Under the pieces are notes generated by a model. It searched no databases and had not been told where the DNA came from. It saw only the letters and a list, made by a program, of their open reading frames with translations. Shown one piece after another: positions 27,927-36,972 of a DNA stretch of 64,000 nt (its first letter is position 1; each line of letters opens with the position of its first letter). Source of the stretch: Candidatus Parcubacteria bacterium (lineage in GTDB: Bacteria > Patescibacteriota > Minisyncoccia > Minisyncoccales > JAGMDC01); NCBI GenBank assembly GCA_023130975.1, contig JAGMAD010000006.1:87187-151186 (forward strand), given 5' to 3'. A program made the position numbers and the translations under genes.

Positions 27927-29386
27927 ATTGGTAGTTTAAAGCAAAAAGTAGACCCCTCGCCTTCTTTGGATTCAAACCAAATCCGACCTTTGTGAGCTTC
28001 AATAATATTCTTGGCAATATATAGGCCTAAGCCCGTCCCTTCAGTATCTATTCTCATTACATTAGCCCCCCGAAAAAACTTAGAAAAAACCCTGTCTAAC
28101 TGGTCGCCGGGGATGCCTATCCCAGTGTCTCTGACACAAAGCTCTATACTCATATTAGCACGTCTTAGAGAAACTGTCACCTCTCCATTAGAAGGACTGT
28201 ATCTAATGGCGTTTTCCACCAGATTTTGAATAGCCAAGCTTATTTTTTCATTATCTAATTTAATTCTAGGCAGTTTTTCTCCCGGCTTTTTTAAAACAAG
28301 CTTAATATCCTTTTGCTTGGCTTCCTCTTGAAAAGAATTAACTATGGACTGGCATATTTCTTCAATGTCAAAAAGAAAAACCTTAAAAACATACCTTCCT
28401 TCTTCAATTCTGGTAACATTTAAAAGGTCGTTAATCAAAGTAATCATCCTTTCATTGCTCTTATATGTTTTTTCTAAAAACTCTTTCTGCTTTTCACTGA
28501 TGGCTCCCAAGTCGCCGTCCAGCAACATCCTCAAAGTCCACTTGATGGCTGATAAAGGAGTTCTCAGCTGATGGGCAGAAATACTTACAAACTCGGTCTT
28601 CATATTTTCAATCATTTTCTCCCGAGTGATATCATGCAAGCTAACCAGGGTTCCTATTTTTTCTCTGTTCCTTAAAATAAAAATGGCTGACACCTCTAAA
28701 ACCAAGTTTTTATGCACTACTAATTCTTCTCTAAAAACTTCCTTTCTTTCTTCTCCTAAAATATTAACTAATTTCCCAAAATTTCCAAACCTATGAAGTT
28801 CAGAAATATCTTTATTGGCTACTTCCTCGGTCTCAACATTGAGAAACTCCTTTGCCCGGGGATTAATTAAAGAAAGATTATTCTTCTTATCAAAAACCAA
28901 TAAGCCGTCGCTGAAATTATTAATAATATCCAAGGTTTTGTTCTTTTCCTCCTCTGTTCTTAAACGGGCCTCGTTTAAATAAACATTAAAATTTTTCAAA
29001 CTCTTTATGGTCTCATTAAATGTTTCTGCCAACTCTCCGATTTCTGTGCCAGTAGCAGCTGGAATGCTTACATTTAAATTCCCTTTTCTTATTTCCTGGC
29101 AGGCAAAAGTTATTTCTTTTAACGGCTTTATAACCCTCCTTAAAAATAAAAGCAGGACAGCAACAAAGAGAAGCAATATGCTAAAAATAGTCAAAACATC
29201 CCGGCGCCAGATTTCTCCAATTGTTTCATCTATCTCTACTTGGCTGGGTTCTTGAACCGCCATCTTCATTAAATCAGCCCTATTCTGGTTAAGGGAAAAA
29301 AATATCAGGCCCGAACTTATTACGAGCAGAACAAGAGAAATAAAAATAATCTTGGTATATATAGAATAACGCATAATAATAATCAA
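27923..29386 (-). CDS. Sensor histidine kinase (2 TM, HAMP-like, PAS-like, HisKA, HATPase)
   Basis: 487-aa ORF with H-box MKTEFVSISAHQLRTPL. The core is paralogous to the kinase at 25168-27183. Confidence 0.85.
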   Translation of the reverse strand: MIIIMRYSIYTKIIFISLVLLVISSGLIFFSLNQNRADLMKMAVQEPSQVEIDETIGEIWRRDVLTIFSILLLFVAVLLLFLRRVIKPLKEITFACQEIRKGNLNVSIPAATGTEIGELAETFNETIKSLKNFNVYLNEARLRTEEEKNKTLDIINNFSDGLLVFDKKNNLSLINPRAKEFLNVETEEVANKDISELHRFGNFGKLVNILGEERKEVFREELVVHKNLVLEVSAIFILRNREKIGTLVSLHDITREKMIENMKTEFVSISAHQLRTPLSAIKWTLRMLLDGDLGAISEKQKEFLEKTYKSNERMITLINDLLNVTRIEEGRYVFKVFLFDIEEICQSIVNSFQEEAKQKDIKLVLKKPGEKLPRIKLDNEKISLAIQNLVENAIRYSPSNGEVTVSLRRANMSIELCVRDTGIGIPGDQLDRVFSKFFRGANVMRIDTEGTGLGLYIAKNIIEAHKGRIWFESKEGEGSTFCFKLPI

Positions 29387-29396
29387 TGATTAATAA

Positions 29397-30311
29397 TTAT
29401 GGCAGCCGCTCTGTCAAGCTGTAAAAATTATATTCTTTCAACATTTCAACAATCTTTTCTTTCCTCTTCGGCTCAAGGGAAGGCGGTTTCCATTGGCACT
29501 TTTCTAAATTAAAATCTATATCAGCGTCCATACGCGCTTTTGCCAAGTCATAAGATAAAAACACCTGGTCTTTGTAGTCCAGCAAAATCTCTTTAACCTT
29601 CGGCTTCAAATCCCAAGCCTCTCCTTTTTCTATGGCTTTATAAAGCTCGGTAATACTGCCGTATTCTTGAAGCAGTTCAGCCGCTCTCTTCTTACCAATG
29701 CCAGTGGCGCCCGGAATATTGTCAGAAGGATCGCCGGCCAAGGCCTTAAAATCAACTACCTGTTTTGGCAAAATCCCGAACCGCTCTTTTACTTTTTCCT
29801 CATCATAAATAACTGTTTCTTTTATACCCTTGCCCAAGGCATAAACCTTGACATTTTTATTCACCAGTTGGAGAGCATCTAAATCACCTGTAAGAATATA
29901 AATCTCAATCTCTGGCCCCCCACCACTTTTAGGATAAAAGTGGTGGGGGGTTTGGGCTATTTTAGCAATAGTAGCAATCAAATCATCTGCCTCAAATTCT
30001 TGTTTTTCAAAAAGGGGAATATTAAAACTTTTTAAAATTTCCTTTATTTTAGGAATTTGGGCATAAAGTTCTTCTGGCGCCTTTGGTCTCTTTGCCTTGT
30101 AGCCAGTAAACATTTTTTGCCGAAAGCTTGGTGCCGGAAAATCAAAACAGGCAGCAATATAGTTTGGTTTTAAGTCCTTTAAGGTTTTTAAAAAAACTAA
30201 TAAAAAGCCATAGACCGCATTAACCAAGACACCTTTTTTTGTTGTTAATGGAGGCAAGGCATGATAAGCCCGATGAACTAAAGCATTACTGTCAATAATT
30301 ACCAATTTCAT
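29397..30311 (-). CDS. 5'-3' exonuclease (FEN / Pol I N-terminal-domain family)
   Basis: Starts MKLVIIDSNALVHRAYHAL and contains ..EADDLIATIAK..ILTGDLDALQLV..GIGKKRAAELL. The ATG at 30311 is preferred over the TTG at 30320. Confidence 0.85.
   Translation of the reverse strand: MKLVIIDSNALVHRAYHALPPLTTKKGVLVNAVYGFLLVFLKTLKDLKPNYIAACFDFPAPSFRQKMFTGYKAKRPKAPEELYAQIPKIKEILKSFNIPLFEKQEFEADDLIATIAKIAQTPHHFYPKSGGGPEIEIYILTGDLDALQLVNKNVKVYALGKGIKETVIYDEEKVKERFGILPKQVVDFKALAGDPSDNIPGATGIGKKRAAELLQEYGSITELYKAIEKGEAWDLKPKVKEILLDYKDQVFLSYDLAKARMDADIDFNLEKCQWKPPSLEPKRKEKIVEMLKEYNFYSLTERLP
29916..29950. repeat. GC-rich palindromic element (family 2) inserted in-frame in the exonuclease gene
   Basis: Sequence is CCCCCCACCACTTTT-aggat-AAAAGTGGTGGGGGG. 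The arms are identical to those of the hairpin at 45551-45585. It encodes ..TPHHFYPKSGGGP... Confidence 0.85.
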
Positions 30312-30323
30312 AATCACCAATGA

Positions 30324-30350
30324 AATGATTGATCTCAGAGATCAATCATT
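30324..30350. promoter_or_regulatory. 27-nt perfect palindrome AATGATTGATCTC-a-GAGATCAATCATT
   Basis: Read directly from the sequence. It lies between the stop of the membrane/TPR gene and the exonuclease start. Confidence 0.4.
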
Positions 30351-30357
30351 CCCTCAA

Positions 30358-32673
30358 TTATTCGCGCAACTCCCTTATTTTGTCTCTCACATCCTCATTA
30401 TCCGGATTCAATTCTAAAACTTTTTCAAACTCAGCAATCGCCTTTGCCTTTTCTCCTTTTGAGCTATAAGCCACTCCAAGAGAGTAATGGGCATTGGAAT
30501 GATTTGGCACCAAATCAACCACCCTCTCAAATTGAGAAATTGCCTCGTTTACCCTGTCTTGATTAAAATAAAGCCGTCCAAGCTGAAAAAGAACTTCTGT
30601 ATTAAGAGGAAAAGAACCTGCCAAACCCTCTAATTTAGCAATCGCGCCAGCAATATTTTCTTCTCTTTCCTCCATTAGGACTATTTGAAGCGAAGCACCA
30701 ATATAGTTGCTTTTCAGCTCTTCCCCTTTTCTAAATGATTCTCTTGCTTCATTATTTTTCTCTGAACCCAAATAGATCTTTCCTAATTCAGTATAAAGAA
30801 TAGGATTATTTGGCTCTAACTCAATAGCTCTATTAAAGGATTTTTCCGCCCATTCCAGAGAGCCGGTAACCATGCCTCTGATATCCCGATAGATAACTCC
30901 TAATGTTTCCCAAGCCACTACGCTGTTGGGACTGATTTCCGAAGCCATTTTTGCTTCATCAAGGCATTTTTTTATCTTCTCCTGGGCTAAAACCACATTT
31001 TGCTTTTCTCCGGGCTTCATTGCTTCAGCCAAAACCTCACTCAGGTAAAAACGGGCTAAAACTACTCTATACTGGCTGAAATGAGGATTTAATCTCTTTG
31101 CTTCTTCCAGCAAATCAGTATTTACAGCTATGCCTGTTTGTACTGCCTGGCTATACTTCATATCAGCCCGATAGAACTTCTGGCCAAAATAAAAGCTGCC
31201 CAATATCCCTAAGCCGAAGATAATTAAGCAAGATGTCAGCACCAAGCTCATCTCTGGAAAATTCTCAAAAGAAACTTTTTTCTCTTTGACTGGCGACTGC
31301 CAGGAAACCACTGCTATTGCTAAAACCAGCCAGAAAGTAAATGCTAAAGTAGTATTCTGATAATAAAGCAGCTGCCCTATAAACAAAGCCAAAAAAGTCA
31401 TTAACAAAGGCATTGTTAAATTATTTGAGATTTGGGATTTAATACTCTTCAAGAAAACCAGAGAAATCAGCAAAAAAAATCCGATAATACTCAAATAAGC
31501 CAGCATCCCCAATATCCCTATAGTGCTTAATATTTCTACAATATGGCTTCCCGGACGGTCAAACCTAATTTGCCAAAAACGGCTCTCATTAAATTCAACT
31601 GGCTTTTGCATGGAAAAATCGTGAAAGAAAGTGCCTATTCCTGAACCTATGGCTCCGTTTTTCAGATTATCAGTGACAGTGTTAAATCCAATCTTCCAAG
31701 AAGTCCCTTGGTCTAAAACTTCTTCTTTGACCAGGGGCCCGGTTTTCAATCCTTCCTGCATTACGCCTGAAAAATCAGCATTTAAACCAACCACAGCAAT
31801 AATAATAAAAAATATCGGCACTAAGAGGCGATTAACGTTTTCTTTAAATATCCTTGCTGTCAAAGCCATTGCTAAAAACAAAACCAAAGTTATAAGCAAA
31901 ACCAACCAAGCTGAAGAAAAATCAACAATAAGCAAAATCCCCAAACCAAGAATTAACAAAAGCCAAATCTTTATCTGCTTTAATCCCTTTAAAGAGCAAA
32001 GAAGCAAGCCAATACTTAAAACCGTTAATACCGCAACAAACATTGCCAATGCCTCTAAACTGCCGGCTATCGGATTAAATGTTTTTGGCGACATTATTTG
32101 AGACAATGATAAATTATTAGTAATCAATGATATTTTGCCCCAAACCCCTAAAATTGACAAATAACTTATTAACATTACAAAAAACCCAGAAGCCAAAAAC
32201 GCTTTCAACAACCTCTGAACACTAATCAATGATGAATTATCAATATTCCCTTTATCTTTCAACTTTGAACTTTTAACTGTAACTTTTAACTTCTCCAGAT
32301 TTAATCCTCCATTATTCGTTATCAAAAAATAAAGCGCTCCCAATGACAACAAGCCAATCAATCCATCACTGAATTTTCCATAAAAACCAAATAAACTGGA
32401 CATTTTATCCACTGAGAAAATAGCTGAAAAAACAGCTATTACTAAAAATGCCAAAATCGGCAAGTCCAATGGTGTCCGTCTGAACCGTATTTCTTTATCA
32501 ACAACAACCATCTTTGCCAGCCAGGCAAAAAGAGCAATGCTGACCAAGAAAGACAATAAATACTGCTTGTTAATTTCAAATGCCTCAAAACTAAAAGGCA
32601 GAAAAAATAAAGGCAGCAGAAAAACAAGCGAATAAATGCTTCCTCTTAAAATACGATTCAATACATTTGACAT
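30358..32673 (-). CDS. O-antigen-ligase (Wzy_C)-like polytopic membrane protein with C-terminal TPR repeats
   Basis: About 12 TM helices, then TPR-like repeats (..AHYSLGVAYSSKGEKAKAIAEFEKVLELNPDN). The ATG at 32673 (MSNVLNRIL) is preferred over the track start at 32721. The family call rests on architecture only. Confidence 0.55.
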   Translation of the reverse strand: MSNVLNRILRGSIYSLVFLLPLFFLPFSFEAFEINKQYLLSFLVSIALFAWLAKMVVVDKEIRFRRTPLDLPILAFLVIAVFSAIFSVDKMSSLFGFYGKFSDGLIGLLSLGALYFLITNNGGLNLEKLKVTVKSSKLKDKGNIDNSSLISVQRLLKAFLASGFFVMLISYLSILGVWGKISLITNNLSLSQIMSPKTFNPIAGSLEALAMFVAVLTVLSIGLLLCSLKGLKQIKIWLLLILGLGILLIVDFSSAWLVLLITLVLFLAMALTARIFKENVNRLLVPIFFIIIAVVGLNADFSGVMQEGLKTGPLVKEEVLDQGTSWKIGFNTVTDNLKNGAIGSGIGTFFHDFSMQKPVEFNESRFWQIRFDRPGSHIVEILSTIGILGMLAYLSIIGFFLLISLVFLKSIKSQISNNLTMPLLMTFLALFIGQLLYYQNTTLAFTFWLVLAIAVVSWQSPVKEKKVSFENFPEMSLVLTSCLIIFGLGILGSFYFGQKFYRADMKYSQAVQTGIAVNTDLLEEAKRLNPHFSQYRVVLARFYLSEVLAEAMKPGEKQNVVLAQEKIKKCLDEAKMASEISPNSVVAWETLGVIYRDIRGMVTGSLEWAEKSFNRAIELEPNNPILYTELGKIYLGSEKNNEARESFRKGEELKSNYIGASLQIVLMEEREENIAGAIAKLEGLAGSFPLNTEVLFQLGRLYFNQDRVNEAISQFERVVDLVPNHSNAHYSLGVAYSSKGEKAKAIAEFEKVLELNPDNEDVRDKIRELRE

Positions 32674-32768
32674 ATTTAATATATACTTTTTCTTGAAAAC
32701 CGCCCACAGGCAATTAATCAAGCATTAAATTAATGATAAATGATTAATGATCAATAATCAATGATTAG

Positions 32769-35700
32769 TTATTCAAAGTGTGTCCCTAATCCAGCATTGT
32801 AATCTTGAAGAATTTGTGCTGCAGAACGGGCATAATTGTAAATCCTGACCTCGTCGATTGTGCCGTTAAAATGTTCTGTCCCCCAAATTGGAGCTCTTCC
32901 TATTTGTAAATTAGCTGATAACGCTGAAACTATTGCGCCAGGATTTGTCTTTATTCCGTCTTCAACGCCATTCAAATATATTTTTTTGTAACTCGTTCCA
33001 CTTTGAACAGCCGCCACATGATACCAAACGCCTGTTGTGAGCGCGGTTATGCTATTTACGTCATAAAAGGAAGAGAGAGTTACAAATTGCAATTTGTTAT
33101 CGATTGTCACGCGAAAACCATATCCATTAATTCTCCACATCCCTTGTTTGCCTGCGATATGTTGCCATGCCCCTAATGCATTTAGCTTCACCCACGCTTC
33201 AATCGTAATCGAGTCAGTGATATCCAAAGACGAATCGTTGCCGCAGTTGACATAAGTCGCTGAGCCGTCGAAGTCATACGCTGTGCCGTATTGGCCCTGA
33301 ACCCAGCCGCCAGAACCAGGAGTAATGGTGCCGTCATTATTGTTCCAACTTTCGTCAAACGCGGTGGTACCGTTGCCTTCGTTAAACCGCCAATGGCCCA
33401 CAGGCCGCCCGCGGTTGTAGTGATAGCGGATTTCCTCCGTCCCCAGCGCCCGATTGTAAATCCTGACATCGTCTAAAATCCCTGCCATATAATCGCTATT
33501 TGCCTCGCCCATATTAAAACTCGCTGAGGCAATAGCGTCTGCAACAACAACTACATGATTCCATTTACTGGCAGAAAGAGTTGAGCCTGTCGCCCCATTA
33601 ACATAAGTAGTTGAATTAGTGAAGCCGGCAGTCAAATCAATATCATTGCTGGCAATTGAAATATATTGAGTATTATTTATCAATTCTAAAATTCCGTCAT
33701 CAGCATTAGAATCCTTAATCCAAAATTCTGTTGTTTTGACCGAACCAACATTGCCTGCTAAAACATTAGTGGAACCATCAAAACTAAAGCCAGTGCCGTA
33801 TTTTCCCGAAGTATAAGTTTCGGAACCAGTGACTGTTCCATTATGACCTCCGTCACTAATATCATCAACATTTCCTTCAAAATTCCAGTAGCCATTTAAG
33901 CCATAATCAATCATTGCCGCGTGCCCAGTCCCGTCCCCAAACCGGGCGACAAAACCCTCGTTATAATCCGCGCGTATCTCATCCGCGCTCCGCGCGTAAT
34001 CATAAATCCTGATCTCGTCTATTGCGCCGGTGGTATAATCAGAGTTCGCTTCGCCGATTTTGGTGCTGGCGGCTGAAATACCTGTATCTGTGGTTACGGC
34101 TATATGATTCCAGCCAGAAAAAAGCGAACTCGTTTCAATACCATTGACATAAATAGTTGGGCTGGTGAAATTCGTGGCAGTAATAGCGCTGCTGGCTACT
34201 GAAATATAAGTATCATTGTCAATCAATTCTAAAATACCGTCATCTGTTTGACTGGTATTCAGCCAAAATTCCACTGTTTTTATACCGGTGCCAATATTGC
34301 CGCAGTTGACATAAGTCGCTGAGCCGTCGAAGTCATACGCTGTGCCGTATTGGCCTTGAACCCAGCCGCCAGAACCAGGAGTAATAGTGCCGTCATTGTT
34401 GTTCCAGCTTTCGTCAAACGCGGTGGTGCCGCTGCCTTCGTCAAACCGCCAATGGCCTACAGGCCGCCCGCGGTTGTAGTGATACCTTATCTCGTCAGCC
34501 CCCAACACCCGATTATAAATCCTGACCTCGTCGATTGTGCCGTCAAAACACAAAGCTCTATTCGATCTTAAATCTCCAATAGTAAAAACACTAGTCCATG
34601 GGTTAGTACCAACATTATCAAAAGAAAGTTTTTCTACGCCGTTAACATATACCTTGGACGTTGAACCATATATAGCTGTTGCTACAATATGAAACCAATT
34701 TGTTGTGTTAATATTTGCCCCAGAAGTCAAATGACCATCTGAAGATGATTGATAAGCATGAAAATAAATTTCTGTTCCTTGTATTGAAAACCAAAGAGGA
34801 TAGCCTTGTTCAGCACTTGCTGAAGAAGCCATAATTCCGCAATTAAAACCAGTACAATCTATTCTATCTGTTTTAATCCAGCACTCTGCTGTGTATTCAT
34901 TTCCTATCCCCAAATCACCAATACCAACATAATCATCAACCCCGTCAAACTCCAAGGCCCCGCCTTTTTTGCCAGAAGTCCAAGAAGCGCCGGATATTGT
35001 ACCGTCGTTACTATTTGATGAATAATCATTGATAATTGATCCGCCGCCCTCGTCCATTGACCAATAGCCAACCAGCCCGTTGTTCATCATCGCCGCATAG
35101 CTAGTCCCGTCCCCAAACCGCGCCGCAAACCCGGCATTGTAATCAAGGCGAATTTCTCCTGCGGTCCGCTCATAGGCATAAATTTTAACATCGTCAAGTT
35201 TTCCGTCTAACCCACCGTCAGTATAACCTAATTTAATAGAGGTAAGAGAAACATCAGAAGTAGAAGTTAAAACAACATAATGCCAGTTAGTAGTAATAGT
35301 GTCAGTATCAACGCCATCAACAAAACAATTATCCCAGGCGCCATAAGACATTACTCCAGCGCTTACTGTTATGCCTGTGCCGTCGCCGGAGATAATACTT
35401 TCAGTAGTGGTATCAAGATTTGTCCAAAAACTAATGGTTCTGGCGTTGCTGATATTATTGGCAATGGAAACATAATCACCTGAAGCGTCAGCAAACTGAC
35501 CAGCGCTTCCGAATTTACCAGTAGCCCAATGTGTTCCAGTACCGTTCCAGGTACCGTTGTTGTTATTATCGGTAGTGTCATAAGCGGTGGTACCGGTGCC
35601 TTCGTTGAATTTGTATTCTGCGCAGGGTCCGCCGCGGTTGTAGTGATACCGGATTTCCTCTGTACTCAACGCCCGATTGTAAATCCTGACCTCGTCGATT

Positions 35701-36383
35701 GTGCCGTTGAAATATCTTGTGCTACCACCACGTGAACCTATATAAAAGTTTTCGACACTTGATGGTGGTGCTAAAGGTTCAGAAGCATCTGTTCCTCTAA
35801 CACCATTAACATAAATTATTGTATTTGTTCCATCATATACTCCTGTAATATGATGCCATTGTAATGAACTTATTGATGAACCGACGGCACGCTTGGTTAA
35901 TAGATCCCCATTACTGTAAAAATACGGAGTATTATCTATCATAAGTAAATCATATACGATAGGACTTCTTCCCGCTATTGTTTGTGTGCCCTTCCAACCA
36001 TCCCCTTTCACCCACGCCTCAATCGTAATCGCATCAGTGATATTAAGCGAGGTATCACTACCGCAGTCAATATAATCATTCATGCCGTCGAAGTCCAGCG
36101 CACCGTTGATTTTGCCGTTAGACCAAGAAGGCATATTAGCCACAGTGCCGTTGCCAAGCGCACCGTTGTTGACACTGCCAGTTGCCGCGGCATTGTAGGC
36201 CGTGTCACCCATTCCTTCGTCAAATGACCAATAACCAACCAGTCCCCGGGTCATTGTGTCATCGGGAATAGTTCCTCCGCCCCCGAACCAACCTCCTATT
36301 CCAATAATAAAACCAGCTGTCATTAAAGTTCCGGCAGCAGTAATTATTGATATCCACTTTTTACGGGAAAAGGTTAGTTTCAT
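32769..36383 (-). CDS. Membrane-anchored protein with six LamG/ConA-like lectin modules
   Basis: 1204-aa ORF with an N-terminal TM helix. Six modules each end (I/L)D(E/D)(V/I)(R/K)IY..R.....EI...YN.G, as in Laminin_G_3-type domains. Confidence 0.7.
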   Translation of the reverse strand: MKLTFSRKKWISIITAAGTLMTAGFIIGIGGWFGGGGTIPDDTMTRGLVGYWSFDEGMGDTAYNAAATGSVNNGALGNGTVANMPSWSNGKINGALDFDGMNDYIDCGSDTSLNITDAITIEAWVKGDGWKGTQTIAGRSPIVYDLLMIDNTPYFYSNGDLLTKRAVGSSISSLQWHHITGVYDGTNTIIYVNGVRGTDASEPLAPPSSVENFYIGSRGGSTRYFNGTIDEVRIYNRALSTEEIRYHYNRGGPCAEYKFNEGTGTTAYDTTDNNNNGTWNGTGTHWATGKFGSAGQFADASGDYVSIANNISNARTISFWTNLDTTTESIISGDGTGITVSAGVMSYGAWDNCFVDGVDTDTITTNWHYVVLTSTSDVSLTSIKLGYTDGGLDGKLDDVKIYAYERTAGEIRLDYNAGFAARFGDGTSYAAMMNNGLVGYWSMDEGGGSIINDYSSNSNDGTISGASWTSGKKGGALEFDGVDDYVGIGDLGIGNEYTAECWIKTDRIDCTGFNCGIMASSASAEQGYPLWFSIQGTEIYFHAYQSSSDGHLTSGANINTTNWFHIVATAIYGSTSKVYVNGVEKLSFDNVGTNPWTSVFTIGDLRSNRALCFDGTIDEVRIYNRVLGADEIRYHYNRGRPVGHWRFDEGSGTTAFDESWNNNDGTITPGSGGWVQGQYGTAYDFDGSATYVNCGNIGTGIKTVEFWLNTSQTDDGILELIDNDTYISVASSAITATNFTSPTIYVNGIETSSLFSGWNHIAVTTDTGISAASTKIGEANSDYTTGAIDEIRIYDYARSADEIRADYNEGFVARFGDGTGHAAMIDYGLNGYWNFEGNVDDISDGGHNGTVTGSETYTSGKYGTGFSFDGSTNVLAGNVGSVKTTEFWIKDSNADDGILELINNTQYISIASNDIDLTAGFTNSTTYVNGATGSTLSASKWNHVVVVADAIASASFNMGEANSDYMAGILDDVRIYNRALGTEEIRYHYNRGRPVGHWRFNEGNGTTAFDESWNNNDGTITPGSGGWVQGQYGTAYDFDGSATYVNCGNDSSLDITDSITIEAWVKLNALGAWQHIAGKQGMWRINGYGFRVTIDNKLQFVTLSSFYDVNSITALTTGVWYHVAAVQSGTSYKKIYLNGVEDGIKTNPGAIVSALSANLQIGRAPIWGTEHFNGTIDEVRIYNYARSAAQILQDYNAGLGTHFE

Positions 36384-36460
36384 AGTTGGTTTAATTTTAA
36401 ATGATAAATTATTAAAAGTTCAAACAAAAAACAAAAAAATACAAGTTAAATATTAAATTC

Positions 36461-36509
36461 CAATGACCAAATCCCAATGCCCAACCAAATCATAAATCCT
36501 AAATCCCAA
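36461..36509. repeat. Intergenic 7-nt periodic tract (CCAATGA CCAAATC CCAATGC CCAACCA AATCATA AATCCTA AATCCCA)
   Basis: Read directly from the sequence. Confidence 0.8.
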
Positions 36510-36902
36510 TTATTTCTTTGTATTAGAATTGCGGATTATGGCAGCTAAAATCAAATTTAATTCCTGTGCTTCTTTCCATAAGATTCTTATTTCATCTCTA
36601 AATTGAGGAAAAGTGTGAGCAATTATTCGCAACCAGTATTTTGTCTCTTTTGTTTCTTTCTTAGCAATAGCAATTTTGTTCAAAAAATCCTTTTTAGAAT
36701 TGGCTTCATCTGCTTCACTATAATTTGCTCCTATGCTGGTTCCAGACCTTACCAATTGATTTATTAAAGGTTTAGTGATTGAATTCTGCGGAAGCTTTCT
36801 CAAAAAATCAACAATATCCTTACTAAACTTTATAGTTCTTTCCTCAAGGTCGTATTTTTGTTTGGGATTTATTGAATTGGGATTTGATTGGTCATTGGTC
36901 AT
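36510..36902 (-). CDS. Four-helix-bundle protein (23S rRNA IVS protein / Avd-like family)
   Basis: Contains ..LINQLVRSGTSIGANYSEADEANSKKDFLNKIAIAKKETKETKYWLRII... The probable start is the ATG at 36902 (MTNDQSNPNSINPKQKYDLEER), and the track start is 36974. Confidence 0.7.
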   Translation of the reverse strand: MTNDQSNPNSINPKQKYDLEERTIKFSKDIVDFLRKLPQNSITKPLINQLVRSGTSIGANYSEADEANSKKDFLNKIAIAKKETKETKYWLRIIAHTFPQFRDEIRILWKEAQELNLILAAIIRNSNTKK

Positions 36903-36972
36903 TGGGATTTGGGGCTTAAATAAATAAGTTTTGGCTTTTTTGTTTTGTGTTTTGGATTTGCATAGATTAGAC

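Noticed and set aside
33291-34571. Twin plus-strand ORFs starting MALNPAARTRSN.. (33291-33476 and 34350-34571) that look like a conserved small-protein pair
   Set aside because: Their similarity is a direct consequence of the 188-nt duplication within the minus-strand LamG gene. They are antisense to a well-supported CDS.
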